From the NCBI GenBank assembly GCA_964343835.1, contig CAYFKR010000014.1:32406-96405 (forward strand): a DNA stretch of 64,000 nt. Direction: 5' to 3'. This document shows positions 9,138-20,131 of this stretch, one piece after another; the first letter of the stretch is position 1, and every line of letters starts with the position of its first letter. A model generated the notes under the pieces. That model saw nothing but the letters and a program-made list of their open reading frames with translations, did not search any database and had not been told where the DNA came from. The position numbers and the translations under genes are program-made. The stretch is from an uncultured Fibrobacteraceae bacterium. GTDB taxonomy: Bacteria > Krumholzibacteriota > Krumholzibacteriia > LZORAL124-64-63.

Positions 9138-10457
9138 ATGACCGATCGCAAGCACCCGCACCACGACGACGGCCGCCGGATCCCCTCCGGCGGCCGTCGT
9201 GCTTGGGCGGACGTGGGCGTGCTGATCGGCGGACAACTCGCGACCCAGCTCCTGAACCTGATCGCCCTGGGCGTGGCGGCGAGGGTGCTGGGCGTGGACG
9301 ACTTCGGCCTGGTGCAGGTGGCGGTGGCCGCGGCGGCCTATGCGCTGGTGGCTGCCGAGGCGGGACTGTTCACCGTGGGGGTGCGCGACCTGGCCAGGAT
9401 CCGGGACGCCGCCGAGGCCCGCTCCCTGATCCGCCTGCGAGGCGGGCTGCTGCTGGGGCTCGCGCTGGTTGCCGTACCCGTGACGGTGCCGTTCGCCTCC
9501 CTGCTGCCGGGGTTCGGTGTGGACCCCGCCGTCTTCCTGCTCTACCTGGCCGCCCTGATCCCCCAGGCCTTCATGCTGGACTGGGCCGCCCTGGGGCTGG
9601 GCCTGACGGTGGGGGCGGGTACGGCCCGCGCCCTGCGGGCCGCGGTGCAGGCGGTGCTGGTGATCGCGCTGCTGGGAGCGATGGACGGCGTCTTGGGCCA
9701 GCCGGCGCGACGTTGGCTGGGCGTGTTCTACCTGGTCGGGTACCTGGTCGGCAACGGTGCGGTGTGGCTGGCCGTGCGGCGTCGGCTCGGGGGCGCCCTG
9801 CGGCCGTCGTGGGGGCGCGGCGAGGGACGTCGGCGGGCCCTCGCCGAGGCGCTGCCGGTGGGAGGCGCCAACCTGGTGCGCCGGGTGCTGTACAACGTCG
9901 ACATCCTGTTGCTGGGAGTCCTGGCCGCTCCGGCGGCGGCCGGCCGCTACGCTGCAGCGGCCAAGCTGGGGTTCGTGCTGGTGGTGGGGGCGGAGGTGGC
10001 CATGGGCGCCCTGCTGCCCCGGCTGTCGCGGGCCTGGGAGGAGGGGCCCGGGGCGTTCCGCCGGATGCTGCGGCGGCAGGCCGTCGCCCTGCTGGGGGTG
10101 ACCGTCGTGGCCGCCGTGGCCGGGGGGCTGCTGGGGCCCGCGGTGCTCGGCATCGTGTTCGGCGAGGGGTTCGCGGCGTCGGCCGAGGTACTGCGCCTGC
10201 TGTTGCCCGCCTACGGCCTGCTGGCCCTGGGTCTGCTGTTTCACGAGGCCCAGGTGGCGGCCCATCGTCAACGGGGAGCGCTGATTCCGCTGGTGGTCGC
10301 GGCCGTGGTGGCGGTGGGAGGCGGCCTGGTGCTGATCCCCGGGGCGGGCGCGCTCGGTGCCGCCCGGGCCATGCTGGCGGCCCATGCCGTCTACGCCGTG
10401 GGCGGCCTGCTGCGCCTCCGGGGCCTGAAGGCCTGCCGAGACCCGTCCTTGGCCTGA
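9138..10457 (+). CDS. polysaccharide biosynthesis protein / Wzx-like oligosaccharide flippase (MOP superfamily)
   Basis: 439-aa polytopic membrane protein with about 12 predicted TM segments and the Gly/Ala-rich helices typical of Wzx/MurJ-like flippases. The start codon is weakly supported. Confidence 0.55.
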   Translation: MTDRKHPHHDDGRRIPSGGRRAWADVGVLIGGQLATQLLNLIALGVAARVLGVDDFGLVQVAVAAAAYALVAAEAGLFTVGVRDLARIRDAAEARSLIRLRGGLLLGLALVAVPVTVPFASLLPGFGVDPAVFLLYLAALIPQAFMLDWAALGLGLTVGAGTARALRAAVQAVLVIALLGAMDGVLGQPARRWLGVFYLVGYLVGNGAVWLAVRRRLGGALRPSWGRGEGRRRALAEALPVGGANLVRRVLYNVDILLLGVLAAPAAAGRYAAAAKLGFVLVVGAEVAMGALLPRLSRAWEEGPGAFRRMLRRQAVALLGVTVVAAVAGGLLGPAVLGIVFGEGFAASAEVLRLLLPAYGLLALGLLFHEAQVAAHRQRGALIPLVVAAVVAVGGGLVLIPGAGALGAARAMLAAHAVYAVGGLLRLRGLKACRDPSLA

Positions 10458-10534
10458 GGACCCCTTTCCTCTATATTGGCACGGCTTCGCGTCCGGGCCC
10501 CCGGGCGCTCATTCACTGACCAGGGGAGACCACG

Positions 10535-11347
10535 ATGACGCGATCGATGAAGTTCCTGGCGCTGGCCGCCCTGCTGGCCGTGCTGCCTCTTTCGGCCCTG
10601 GGCTGCAAGGGCGAGGACGGGGACGCCGTCGCGGGCGATGGCCCCGCAATCAACCAGGAAGTGACCATCATGGAAGGCCTGACCATCAAGGACGTCACCG
10701 TGGGCGAGGGCCGTGCGGTGGAGAAGGGCGACGTCGTGACCGCCCACTATACCGGCTGGGTGCTCGTGGACGGCGTGAAGGCCGAGACGCCCTTCGACAG
10801 CTCCGTCGAGCGCGGCGAGCCCGTGTCGTTCCCCATCGGCGTCGGTCGCCTGATCCGCGGCTGGGACGAAGGCATCCCCGGCATGCTGGAGGGCGGCAAG
10901 CGCGAGCTGACCATCGCTCCGGACCTGGGTTACGGTTCCGTGGACCGCCCCAACATCCCCGCCAACAGCACCCTGTTCTTCGAGGTGGAGATCCTGGACA
11001 TCCCCGCCGTCGAGATGAACGACGAGGTCGTGGGCGAGGGTGCCGTGGCCGAGGTCGGCGACAACGTCAAGGTCCACTACACCGGCTGGATCTACGAGAA
11101 CGGCGAGAAGAAGGGCGAGCCCTTCGACAGCTCCCACAACCGCAACCAGGCCTTCGAGTTCCAGCTCGGCGCCGGCATGGTGATCAGCGGCTGGGACCAG
11201 GGTGTGGAGGGCATGCAGGTGGGCGGCAAGCGCGCCCTGATCATTCCCCCCGAGCTGGGCTACGGCGCCCGCGGCGCCGGCGGCGTGATTCCGCCCAACG
11301 CCACCCTGTACTTCGACGTGGAACTGCTGGAGGTTGTGGGCAAGTAA
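10535..11347 (+). CDS. FKBP-type peptidyl-prolyl cis-trans isomerase lipoprotein with two tandem FKBP domains
   Basis: Lipobox LSALGC. Two repeats of HYTGW...G..FDSS...P..F..G.G.VI.GWD.G..GM..GGKR.L.IP..LGYG, the FKBP fold signature. Confidence 0.85.
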   Translation: MTRSMKFLALAALLAVLPLSALGCKGEDGDAVAGDGPAINQEVTIMEGLTIKDVTVGEGRAVEKGDVVTAHYTGWVLVDGVKAETPFDSSVERGEPVSFPIGVGRLIRGWDEGIPGMLEGGKRELTIAPDLGYGSVDRPNIPANSTLFFEVEILDIPAVEMNDEVVGEGAVAEVGDNVKVHYTGWIYENGEKKGEPFDSSHNRNQAFEFQLGAGMVISGWDQGVEGMQVGGKRALIIPPELGYGARGAGGVIPPNATLYFDVELLEVVGK

Positions 11348-11366
11348 CCCATCCCCACCGGTTTGC

Positions 11367-11404
11367 GACGGCGGCTCCCGGTCGGGGGCCGCCGTCGACG
11401 TTTG
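11367..11404 (+). terminator. terminator-like hairpin after the FKBP gene
   Basis: 9-bp perfect stem gacggcggc / gccgccgtc with a 13-nt loop, followed by gacgtttgat. The U-tract is weak. Confidence 0.35.
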
Positions 11405-11585
11405 ATCCGCGTTTTCAAAAACGCTTGCAATCCGGTCGGGTTTTTCCTACGATTTCCGGCGCATCGGAGCATGGCGACCCACGAGGCCGCCTTTTCTTTT
11501 TGCGCCGGATTGCGAGCCGAGTCGAACGAACCCGCGTCCCGTTGCGGGTTCCCCCATGTGACACGAGTCCAAGGAGTCTCCGCCC

Positions 11586-13616
<2,031 letters not shown>

Positions 13617-13640
13617 ATAGCCGCGGCGCAGACTCCTGGA

Positions 13641-13674
13641 GGCCCGCTCCCCGTTCGGGGGGCGGGCCTTTTCC
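13641..13674 (+). terminator. rho-independent terminator of hppA
   Basis: ggcccgctcccc-gttc-ggggggcgggcc (12-bp stem, one mismatch) immediately followed by TTTTCC. Confidence 0.55.
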
Positions 13675-13739
13675 GTATCCGGAGCCCTGCGGGAAGGGGG
13701 AGGGAGTCTTGGCGACCGATCCCTCGCGGACAGGGATCT

Positions 13740-13981
13740 GTTCAATATGTGAAGGGTGTTGCGGCGAAGGCTGAAGATATTGTGCAGCTATCTTGTATGT
13801 GACATGAATGCAGGATGTTGGAGATCTCTCGCCATCAGGAGGGTGTTAAATTATACCAGCATATGGTGCCTAAAATCGTCAGTTACACCTCAAGTGTTTA
13901 TTCCTTGACCCGATCTGTTATAGAATTAACCGTAATGACAGAGCAACCCGCGAACCGGACCTCATCCCGAGGAGATCAGCG
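13740..13981. promoter_or_regulatory. AT-rich (roughly 45% GC) non-coding island upstream of the hydrogenase operon; probable promoter/regulatory region
   Basis: About 240 nt of conspicuously low GC in a roughly 70% GC genome. No ORF. It ends at the GAGGAG RBS of hydB. It contains TTGACC (13905..13910), but no -10 element at canonical spacing was found. Confidence 0.4.
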
Positions 13982-15004
13982 ATGGTTCAGTATTTCCTGG
14001 ATTCCCTCCGTGTCGCCGATTTCGTGGCGCACATGATGGAGCGGAAGACGGTCTACGCCCCCCACCGCAAGGGCGTCCGATCCCACGTGTTCGCCGAGAC
14101 GACCGATCCGGCGGCCGTGGTCCTGGACTACCCGCGCACCCTGCATTCCGTGAAGAAGTACTTCCTGCCCCCGCGCGAGAGGCTGCTGAGCTTCGACCTG
14201 GCCAGCAACAGCTTCGAGGCCTCCGAGGTGGAGCCCGTGGACGCGGTCTTCCTGGGGGTGCACAGCTACGACATGCACGCGGTGCTGAAGCTCGACCACA
14301 ACTTCAGCCACGGCCAGCCCGAGCGGAACTACATGACCCGCCGGGAGGGGGCGGTGTTCTTCGGCGTCTCGTTCACGCCCGACGAGCATCACTTCAGCGG
14401 TTCGGTGGGCATCGGCGCCCGCGACATGACCGGCTTCGACGCCTTCCTGGCCGCGGTGGACGGGGGCTGGGCCCTGACCGTCAGGACCGAGGCAGCCCTG
14501 AAGCTCGTCGAGGGGTTCGAGATGCCCCTGTACGACGGCGACCTGCCGGTGGCCCCCCCGTTCAACCAGCACATCTACGTGCCCCAGGACCGTTTGTCCG
14601 AGGTCTTCGAAGGGGCCTGGGAGAATCCCGTCTGGGACGAGACGGCCGAGACCTGCGTGGGTTGCGGCAGCTGCAACCTGGTCTGCCCCACCTGCTACTG
14701 CTTCGACGTGGAGGACCAGGTGGACGTGACCGTCACCGGCGGCGTGCGCGAGCGCAACTGGGACGGCTGCATGCTCCGCGAGTTCACCGAGGTCGCCGGC
14801 GGCGAGGTGTTCCGCGAGGAGCCTGCCGCCTGCCAGCGCCATCGCGTGTACCGCAAGTTCAAGTACATCTCCGACGAGACGGGTGAACCCTGGTGCGTGG
14901 GCTGCGGACGTTGCACGCAGTCGTGCACGGCCGGCATCAGCATCGTCGCCATCGTCAACCGCCTGGTGAACGACCACGATCAGGCGACCGTGGCGCCGGC
15001 CTAG
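13982..15004 (+). CDS. hydB: [NiFe]-hydrogenase group 3b (sulfhydrogenase-type) beta subunit, 4Fe-4S dicluster protein
   Basis: CVGCGSCNLVCPTCYC and CVGCGRCTQSCTAG ferredoxin-type cluster motifs. Same position and size as HydB in hydBGDA operons. Confidence 0.75.
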   Translation: MVQYFLDSLRVADFVAHMMERKTVYAPHRKGVRSHVFAETTDPAAVVLDYPRTLHSVKKYFLPPRERLLSFDLASNSFEASEVEPVDAVFLGVHSYDMHAVLKLDHNFSHGQPERNYMTRREGAVFFGVSFTPDEHHFSGSVGIGARDMTGFDAFLAAVDGGWALTVRTEAALKLVEGFEMPLYDGDLPVAPPFNQHIYVPQDRLSEVFEGAWENPVWDETAETCVGCGSCNLVCPTCYCFDVEDQVDVTVTGGVRERNWDGCMLREFTEVAGGEVFREEPAACQRHRVYRKFKYISDETGEPWCVGCGRCTQSCTAGISIVAIVNRLVNDHDQATVAPA

Positions 15005-15025
15005 GCCGGGGCAGAGGAGGAAACC

Positions 15026-15874
15026 ATGAGCCACACCAGCGAATCGACCTCCGCGGCCCGGGACCTGTACCTCCCGGTCATGGCGGAGATCACGGGGATC
15101 GAGACCATGACGGAGCTCGAGACCCTGTACGAGGTCACCCTGCCCGACGGCGCCGAGCTGGGGCACATGCCCGGCCAGTTCGTCGAGGTGTCCCTGTTCG
15201 GAGTCGGCGAGGCGCCGTTCTCCATCTCGTCGTCGCCGACCCGCAAGGGCACGTTCGAGATGGGCATCCGCCGCGTGGGCATGCTCACCGAGGTCATGGG
15301 CCGCATGCAGCCCGGCGAGAAGATCGGCATCCGCGGTCCCTTCGGCCGGGGCGTGCCGGTGGACGAGTTCAAGGGGAAGGACGTGCTGGTCGTCGCCGGC
15401 GGCATCGGCCTGGTGCCCATGCGCTCGATGATCAACTACGTCCTGGACAACCGCGACGACTTCGGGCGTCTGATCATCTGCTACGGCTCCCGGAGCGACG
15501 AGGAACTGCTCTACCGGAACGAGCTGAAGACCTGGGAGGAGGACCCGCGCGTCGAGTTCCATGTGACCGTCGACCACGGCTCCCCCGACTGGACCGGCCG
15601 CACCGGCGTGATCACCACCCTGATCCCCGGCCTGGACCTGGACCTGAACAACACCAGGGCCCTGGTCTGCGGCCCTCCGGTGATGTACCGCTTCGCCCTG
15701 CTTTCGCTGCGCTCGAAGGGCCTGTCCGAGGACAACATCTGGATGTCCCTGGAACGGCGCATGAAGTGCGGCGTGGGCAAGTGCGGCCACTGCCAGATCA
15801 ACAACTCGTACGTGTGCCAGGACGGCCCCGTGTACCACTACCCCGAGCTCAAGGGTCTCCAGGAGGCGTTGTGA
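15026..15874 (+). CDS. hydG: hydrogenase gamma subunit, FAD/NAD(P)-binding oxidoreductase with a C-terminal [2Fe-2S] (ferredoxin-NADP reductase-like)
   Basis: PGQFVEVSLFGVGEAPFSISS (FAD site), VVAGGIGLVPMRSM (NAD site), C-terminal CGVGKCGHCQ. GGAGGAAACC precedes the ATG. Confidence 0.8.
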   Translation: MSHTSESTSAARDLYLPVMAEITGIETMTELETLYEVTLPDGAELGHMPGQFVEVSLFGVGEAPFSISSSPTRKGTFEMGIRRVGMLTEVMGRMQPGEKIGIRGPFGRGVPVDEFKGKDVLVVAGGIGLVPMRSMINYVLDNRDDFGRLIICYGSRSDEELLYRNELKTWEEDPRVEFHVTVDHGSPDWTGRTGVITTLIPGLDLDLNNTRALVCGPPVMYRFALLSLRSKGLSEDNIWMSLERRMKCGVGKCGHCQINNSYVCQDGPVYHYPELKGLQEAL

Positions 15875-16623
15875 TGGCGAACAAACCCAAGGTCGGCATC
15901 TTCGACTTCACGGGCTGCGAGGGGTGCGAGCTCAACCAGCTCAATTTCGAGGACCAGCTGCTGGACATCATCGAGCACGTGGACATCGTCGAGTGGCGCG
16001 AGGCCATGGACGGACAGGCCGACGAGCTCGACATCGCGTTCGTGGAGGGTTCCCTCTCGACCCCCGACTGCATCAAGCGGATCCACGAGATCCGCCGCAA
16101 GTCGAAGGTCCTGGTGGCCGTCGGGGCCTGCGCGTCCCAGGGCGGCGTGAATGCCATGAAGAACACGCGGCCCATCGAGGACGTGCGCGAGGAGGTGTAC
16201 GGGGAGGACAAGTACCTCTTCCCGACGCTCCCGGCCCTGCCTCTGGACGCGGTCGTGAGGGTGGACTACAAGGTCAGGGGCTGCCCCATGACCCAGATCG
16301 AGTTCCTGAAGGTCTTCACGTCGCTGGTGATGGGCAAGGAGCCCGTCGAACCCGACAGCGCCGTGTGCGTGGAGTGCAAGCTGAAGGAGAACGAGTGCGT
16401 GGTGGAGAAGGGTATGATCTGCCTGGGCCCGGTCACGCGCCTCGGCTGCGACGCCCACTGCACCACCTTCGGCCAGTACTGCACGGGCTGCCGCGGCCTC
16501 GTCTCGGATCCCAACATCGAGGGCATGCAGGAGATCCTGGTGAGCAACGGCCTGTCCATGGACGAAGCCTGGAAGCGGCTCCAGCTCTACAACGCCAACC
16601 AGCTCGAGGGGGTGCAGCGATGA
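15874..16623 (+). CDS. hydD: [NiFe]-hydrogenase small (delta) subunit
   Basis: GCEGC...AVGACASQGG...RGCP...ICLGPVTRLGCDAHC is the NuoB/hydrogenase small-subunit proximal cluster ligand pattern. TGATG overlap with hydG. Confidence 0.85.
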   Translation: MANKPKVGIFDFTGCEGCELNQLNFEDQLLDIIEHVDIVEWREAMDGQADELDIAFVEGSLSTPDCIKRIHEIRRKSKVLVAVGACASQGGVNAMKNTRPIEDVREEVYGEDKYLFPTLPALPLDAVVRVDYKVRGCPMTQIEFLKVFTSLVMGKEPVEPDSAVCVECKLKENECVVEKGMICLGPVTRLGCDAHCTTFGQYCTGCRGLVSDPNIEGMQEILVSNGLSMDEAWKRLQLYNANQLEGVQR

Positions 16624-17924
16624 GCGCCAACCTGGACATCAACGTCCACCACCTCACGAGGGTGGAGGGTCACGGCAACATCGTCGTGAACATGAAGGAA
16701 GGGGTGCTGGAGAAGGCGCAGCTCGAGATCGTCGAGGCGCCCCGGTACTTCGAGGCCATGCTCAAGGGGCGCAGCTTCCACGAGGCGGCCATCATCACCT
16801 CGCGGATCTGCGGCATCTGCTCCCTGGGCCACCAGATCACCTCGCTGAAGGCCACCGAGGCGGCCCTCGGCCTGGAGGTGAGCGAGCAGACGATCCTGCT
16901 GCGCAAGCTCCTGATCCACGGGGCCACCCTGCAGTCCAACGTGCTGCACGCCTACTTCCTGGCGGCGCCCGACTTCCTGGGCGTGGGGTCCGTGTTCCCG
17001 CTGATCGGGACGCATCCCGAGGTCGTGAAGCGGGCGCTGCGCATGAAGCGCCTGAGCAACGACATCGGCGACGTGGTGTCCGGCCGGGCCGTGCACCCCA
17101 TCACGCCGGTGCCGGGCGGGTTCACGCGGATCCCCACGGAGAAGGAGTTGCTGGAGATCAAGCGGCGGCTGGTGGAGGAGATGGTGCCCGACTACATGGC
17201 CACCATCGACACCCTCGAGGGTCTGGCCGGGGCCATCCCGGACTTCACCCGCGAGACGGAGTTCATCGCCCTGCGCAGCGACGACGACTACGCCCTGTAC
17301 GACGGCGACATCAGCTCCACCGACACCGGTCGCGTGGACGACGCCGAGTACCGGCGCATGACCAACGAGTTCATCGTGCCCCACAGCACGTCGAAGCACT
17401 GCAAGGTCAACCGGTCGTCGTACATGGTGGGCGCCCTGGCCCGCTGGAACAACAACCACGACCGGCTGTGCGACGTGGCCATGCAGGCGGCCGAGCGGCT
17501 CGGCCTGAAGCCGGACTGCCACAACCCGTACATGAACACCATCGCGCAGGTGGTGGAGGCCGGGCACTGCGCCCTGGACTCGGTGGCCATCATCGACAGG
17601 CTGCTGGAGAACGGGCTGAAGGACGAGGCGCCGAACCAGGAGCCCACCCGGTACGGCACCGGCGTGGGAGCCACCGAGGTGCCCCGCGGCATCCTGTACC
17701 ACGAGTACACCTACGACCGCCAGGGTCGGGTGACCGCGGCCAACTGCATCATCCCCACGGGCCAGAACCTGGCGAACATCGACGACGACATGAAGGCCCT
17801 GGTGCCCGAGGTCGTGGACCGGCCCAAGGAGGAGATCACGCTGATGCTCGAGATGCTGGTGCGGGCCTACGACCCGTGCATCAGCTGCTCGGTGCACATG
17901 CTGGACGTCGAGTTCAAGGAGTAG
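16620..17924 (+). CDS. hydA: [NiFe]-hydrogenase large (alpha) subunit
   Basis: N-terminal RICGICSLGH (RxCGxCxxxH Ni-Fe site) and C-terminal DPCISCSVH (DPCxxCxxH), followed by an 8-aa extension. ATGA overlap with hydD. Confidence 0.9.
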   Translation: MSANLDINVHHLTRVEGHGNIVVNMKEGVLEKAQLEIVEAPRYFEAMLKGRSFHEAAIITSRICGICSLGHQITSLKATEAALGLEVSEQTILLRKLLIHGATLQSNVLHAYFLAAPDFLGVGSVFPLIGTHPEVVKRALRMKRLSNDIGDVVSGRAVHPITPVPGGFTRIPTEKELLEIKRRLVEEMVPDYMATIDTLEGLAGAIPDFTRETEFIALRSDDDYALYDGDISSTDTGRVDDAEYRRMTNEFIVPHSTSKHCKVNRSSYMVGALARWNNNHDRLCDVAMQAAERLGLKPDCHNPYMNTIAQVVEAGHCALDSVAIIDRLLENGLKDEAPNQEPTRYGTGVGATEVPRGILYHEYTYDRQGRVTAANCIIPTGQNLANIDDDMKALVPEVVDRPKEEITLMLEMLVRAYDPCISCSVHMLDVEFKE

Positions 17925-17926
17925 TG

Positions 17927-18400
17927 ATGAAGGTCATCGCCGTAGGCAATCCCCTGTACGGGGACGACGGGGTCGGCGCGGCCGTCCTGGCGAAGCTCGC
18001 GGAGGAGAACCACCTCCCGGGGGCCGAGCTCGTGGACTGCCACACCGACGCCCTCTCGGTGATCGACCACTTCACACCCGGCGAGCTTCATGTCATCATC
18101 GACGCGGCGAAGATGGGCGAACGTCCCGGCTGCGTCGTGCGCTTCACTCCCGACGAGGTGCGCCTGCGCATCGAATGGGACCACCTCTCGATGCACGGGT
18201 TCGGCCTGGCCGAGACCTTCGCCATGGCCGAGGCCATCGGCGAGATGCCCGAGCGGGTGGTGATCGTCGGCGTGGAGCCGGAGATCGTACAAATCGACCG
18301 GGGACTGTCCGACGCCGTGGCGGCGGCCGTCCCCGAGGTGATCGCGACCATCCAAGCGGAGGTTCAAGGCGATGTCGCAGAGGACCATCCTCGTCGTTGA
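17927..18400 (+). CDS. hydrogenase maturation endopeptidase (HycI/HoxW/FrhD family)
   Basis: 157 aa. MKVIAVGNPLYGDDGVGAAV...HTDALSVID...VGVEP matches the Ni-dependent C-terminal processing protease family. Confidence 0.8.
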   Translation: MKVIAVGNPLYGDDGVGAAVLAKLAEENHLPGAELVDCHTDALSVIDHFTPGELHVIIDAAKMGERPGCVVRFTPDEVRLRIEWDHLSMHGFGLAETFAMAEAIGEMPERVVIVGVEPEIVQIDRGLSDAVAAAVPEVIATIQAEVQGDVAEDHPRR

Positions 18401-18767
18401 CGACGATATCGACCTGGTGGAGATCATCCGCGTGACCCTCGAGAACGAGGGCTACGCCGTCATCGACGCCCAGAGCGGGGAGCGGGGCCTGACCATGGCC
18501 CGCGAAGAGAATCCCGACCTGATCATCCTGGACGTGATGATGGGCCAGGTGGACGAAGGCTTCCAGGTGGCCTACGAGCTGCGCGGGGCCGAGCCCACCA
18601 AGGACATCCCCATCATCATGCTCACGGCGGTGGCCGACCAGACCGGGTTCGCGTTCGACCCGGGCAAGGACCAGGGGTTCCTGCCCGTGAACGAGTTCCT
18701 GGAGAAGCCCGTCAGCCCGCGGCGGCTGGTGGACATGGTGAGGCAGCACCTGCCCACGGAGATCTGA
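18372..18767 (+). CDS. single-domain response regulator (CheY-like receiver only)
   Basis: ILVVDDD...DLIILDVMM...IPIIMLTA...FLEKP carries the receiver Asp and Lys signatures. No output domain. GGAGG lies 9 nt upstream. Confidence 0.8.
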   Translation: MSQRTILVVDDDIDLVEIIRVTLENEGYAVIDAQSGERGLTMAREENPDLIILDVMMGQVDEGFQVAYELRGAEPTKDIPIIMLTAVADQTGFAFDPGKDQGFLPVNEFLEKPVSPRRLVDMVRQHLPTEI

Positions 18768-20131
18768 TGACTCCTGGAACGCCCAGCGGCGAGCGCGTGG
18801 CGGCGGTTTCGGCCCAGTTCGTTTCCGCCGCCAGCCTCCGCGTGCGTTCCGACTGGTTCAACAAGCTCCGCTGGGGCGCCGCCGGCGCGGTGGTGGCCTT
18901 CAGCACCGGGGTGGCGGCCTTCGGCGGCATCGACCTGCCCCTGGCGCCGCTGCTGGGGCTGGGGGCGATGCTCCTGCTGCTGAACGCCGGCTACGTGGTG
19001 CGCAATCACCGCATCGCGCCGGCGGACATCGAGGCCGAGCTCCGCATCGTCAAGATCCAGATGGTGGTGGACCTGGTCCTGCTGACCGCGGTGCTCCACT
19101 TCTCCGGCGGTGTGGAGAACCCCTTCCAGTTCATCTACATCATCCACGTGATCATCGCGAGCCTGCTGTTCAAGGGACGCGAGATCTTCCATATCGCGTG
19201 GCTGGCCATCGGGCTGTTCTCCCTGATGGTGCTGGGCGAGCACTTCGGCTCCCTCGATCACCATCATCTGCTGAGCGCCAGCGAGCTGACCCACGAACCC
19301 GCGTACATGGCCATGTCGCTGGGGTCCATGTGGATCGTGCTGCTCACGAGCGCGTGGATCGGCGCCGCCATCATGCGGCACAACCGGACCATCAAGGACG
19401 AGCTCGTGCAGCGTCAGGACGAGCTGGCGCAGGCGGGAAAGGCCCAGCTGGATTTCTTCCGTTTCGTGACCCACGAGATCAAGTCGCCCATCGTGACGGC
19501 CCAGAGCGCGGTGGAGGCTGCCCGCGAACTCGGCGACGACGGCGCGGCCCCGGCCGTCGACGACATGCTGCGGAGTGCCGTGACCCGCCTGGAGCAGGCC
19601 ACGGGCATCGTCCGGGACCTGGCCGACCTGACCCGCGGCAGCATGGCGGCCAGGCCCGGGTTCACGGACGTGGACCTGGCGGCGATCCTCACGAGGGTGC
19701 TGGACCAGCAGGCGGAGTCCATGGCGGCCAGGGACATCGCCCTGACGACGGAGATCCCGGCAGGGGCGGTGACGGTTTCCGGGGACGAGAGCATGCTCGA
19801 CAAGATCGTGTCCAACCTGGTGAGCAACGCGGTCCGGTACAACCGGGACGGCGGCTCGGTGACCGTCGCCCTCGCGCCGTACGACGGGGGCGGGCTGCTG
19901 ACGGTCAGCGACGAGGGCATCGGCATCGCTCCCGAGGACCGGGACCGCATCTTCGAGGAATTTTACAGGACGGCGGCGGCCCGCGAGGCCAGTCGCCTAG
20001 GGTCGGGGCTGGGGCTGCCCATCGTCAAGCGCTTCGTGGAACAGCACGGCGGGACGATCGCGGTGGACAGCACGCCCGGCCGCGGATCCACCTTCACGGT
20101 CCGGCTGCCGGGACGAAAGGGACGGTCATGA
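18767..20131 (+). CDS. membrane-embedded sensor histidine kinase
   Basis: About 5 to 6 N-terminal TM helices. H-box FRFVTHEIKSP. HATPase N/G boxes (VSNAVRYN, DEGIGI, GSGLGLPIV). ATGA-type overlap with the response regulator stop. Confidence 0.8.
   Translation: MTPGTPSGERVAAVSAQFVSAASLRVRSDWFNKLRWGAAGAVVAFSTGVAAFGGIDLPLAPLLGLGAMLLLLNAGYVVRNHRIAPADIEAELRIVKIQMVVDLVLLTAVLHFSGGVENPFQFIYIIHVIIASLLFKGREIFHIAWLAIGLFSLMVLGEHFGSLDHHHLLSASELTHEPAYMAMSLGSMWIVLLTSAWIGAAIMRHNRTIKDELVQRQDELAQAGKAQLDFFRFVTHEIKSPIVTAQSAVEAARELGDDGAAPAVDDMLRSAVTRLEQATGIVRDLADLTRGSMAARPGFTDVDLAAILTRVLDQQAESMAARDIALTTEIPAGAVTVSGDESMLDKIVSNLVSNAVRYNRDGGSVTVALAPYDGGGLLTVSDEGIGIAPEDRDRIFEEFYRTAAAREASRLGSGLGLPIVKRFVEQHGGTIAVDSTPGRGSTFTVRLPGRKGRS

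Noticed and set aside
13861-13880. Possible sigma-54 promoter (tggtgcctaaaatcgtc) upstream of the hydrogenase operon
   Set aside because: GG and GC elements are not at the canonical 10-bp spacing of TGGCAC-N5-TTGC.
13905-13926. TTGACC ... TAGAAT as a sigma-70 promoter
   Set aside because: Only 10 nt separate the hexamers, far from the 16 to 18 nt required.
18372-18400. Concern that the response regulator start inside the protease gene's last 29 nt is an artefact
   Set aside because: GGAGG lies 9 nt upstream and a canonical receiver N-terminus follows directly. The overlap is kept as real and consistent with translational coupling.
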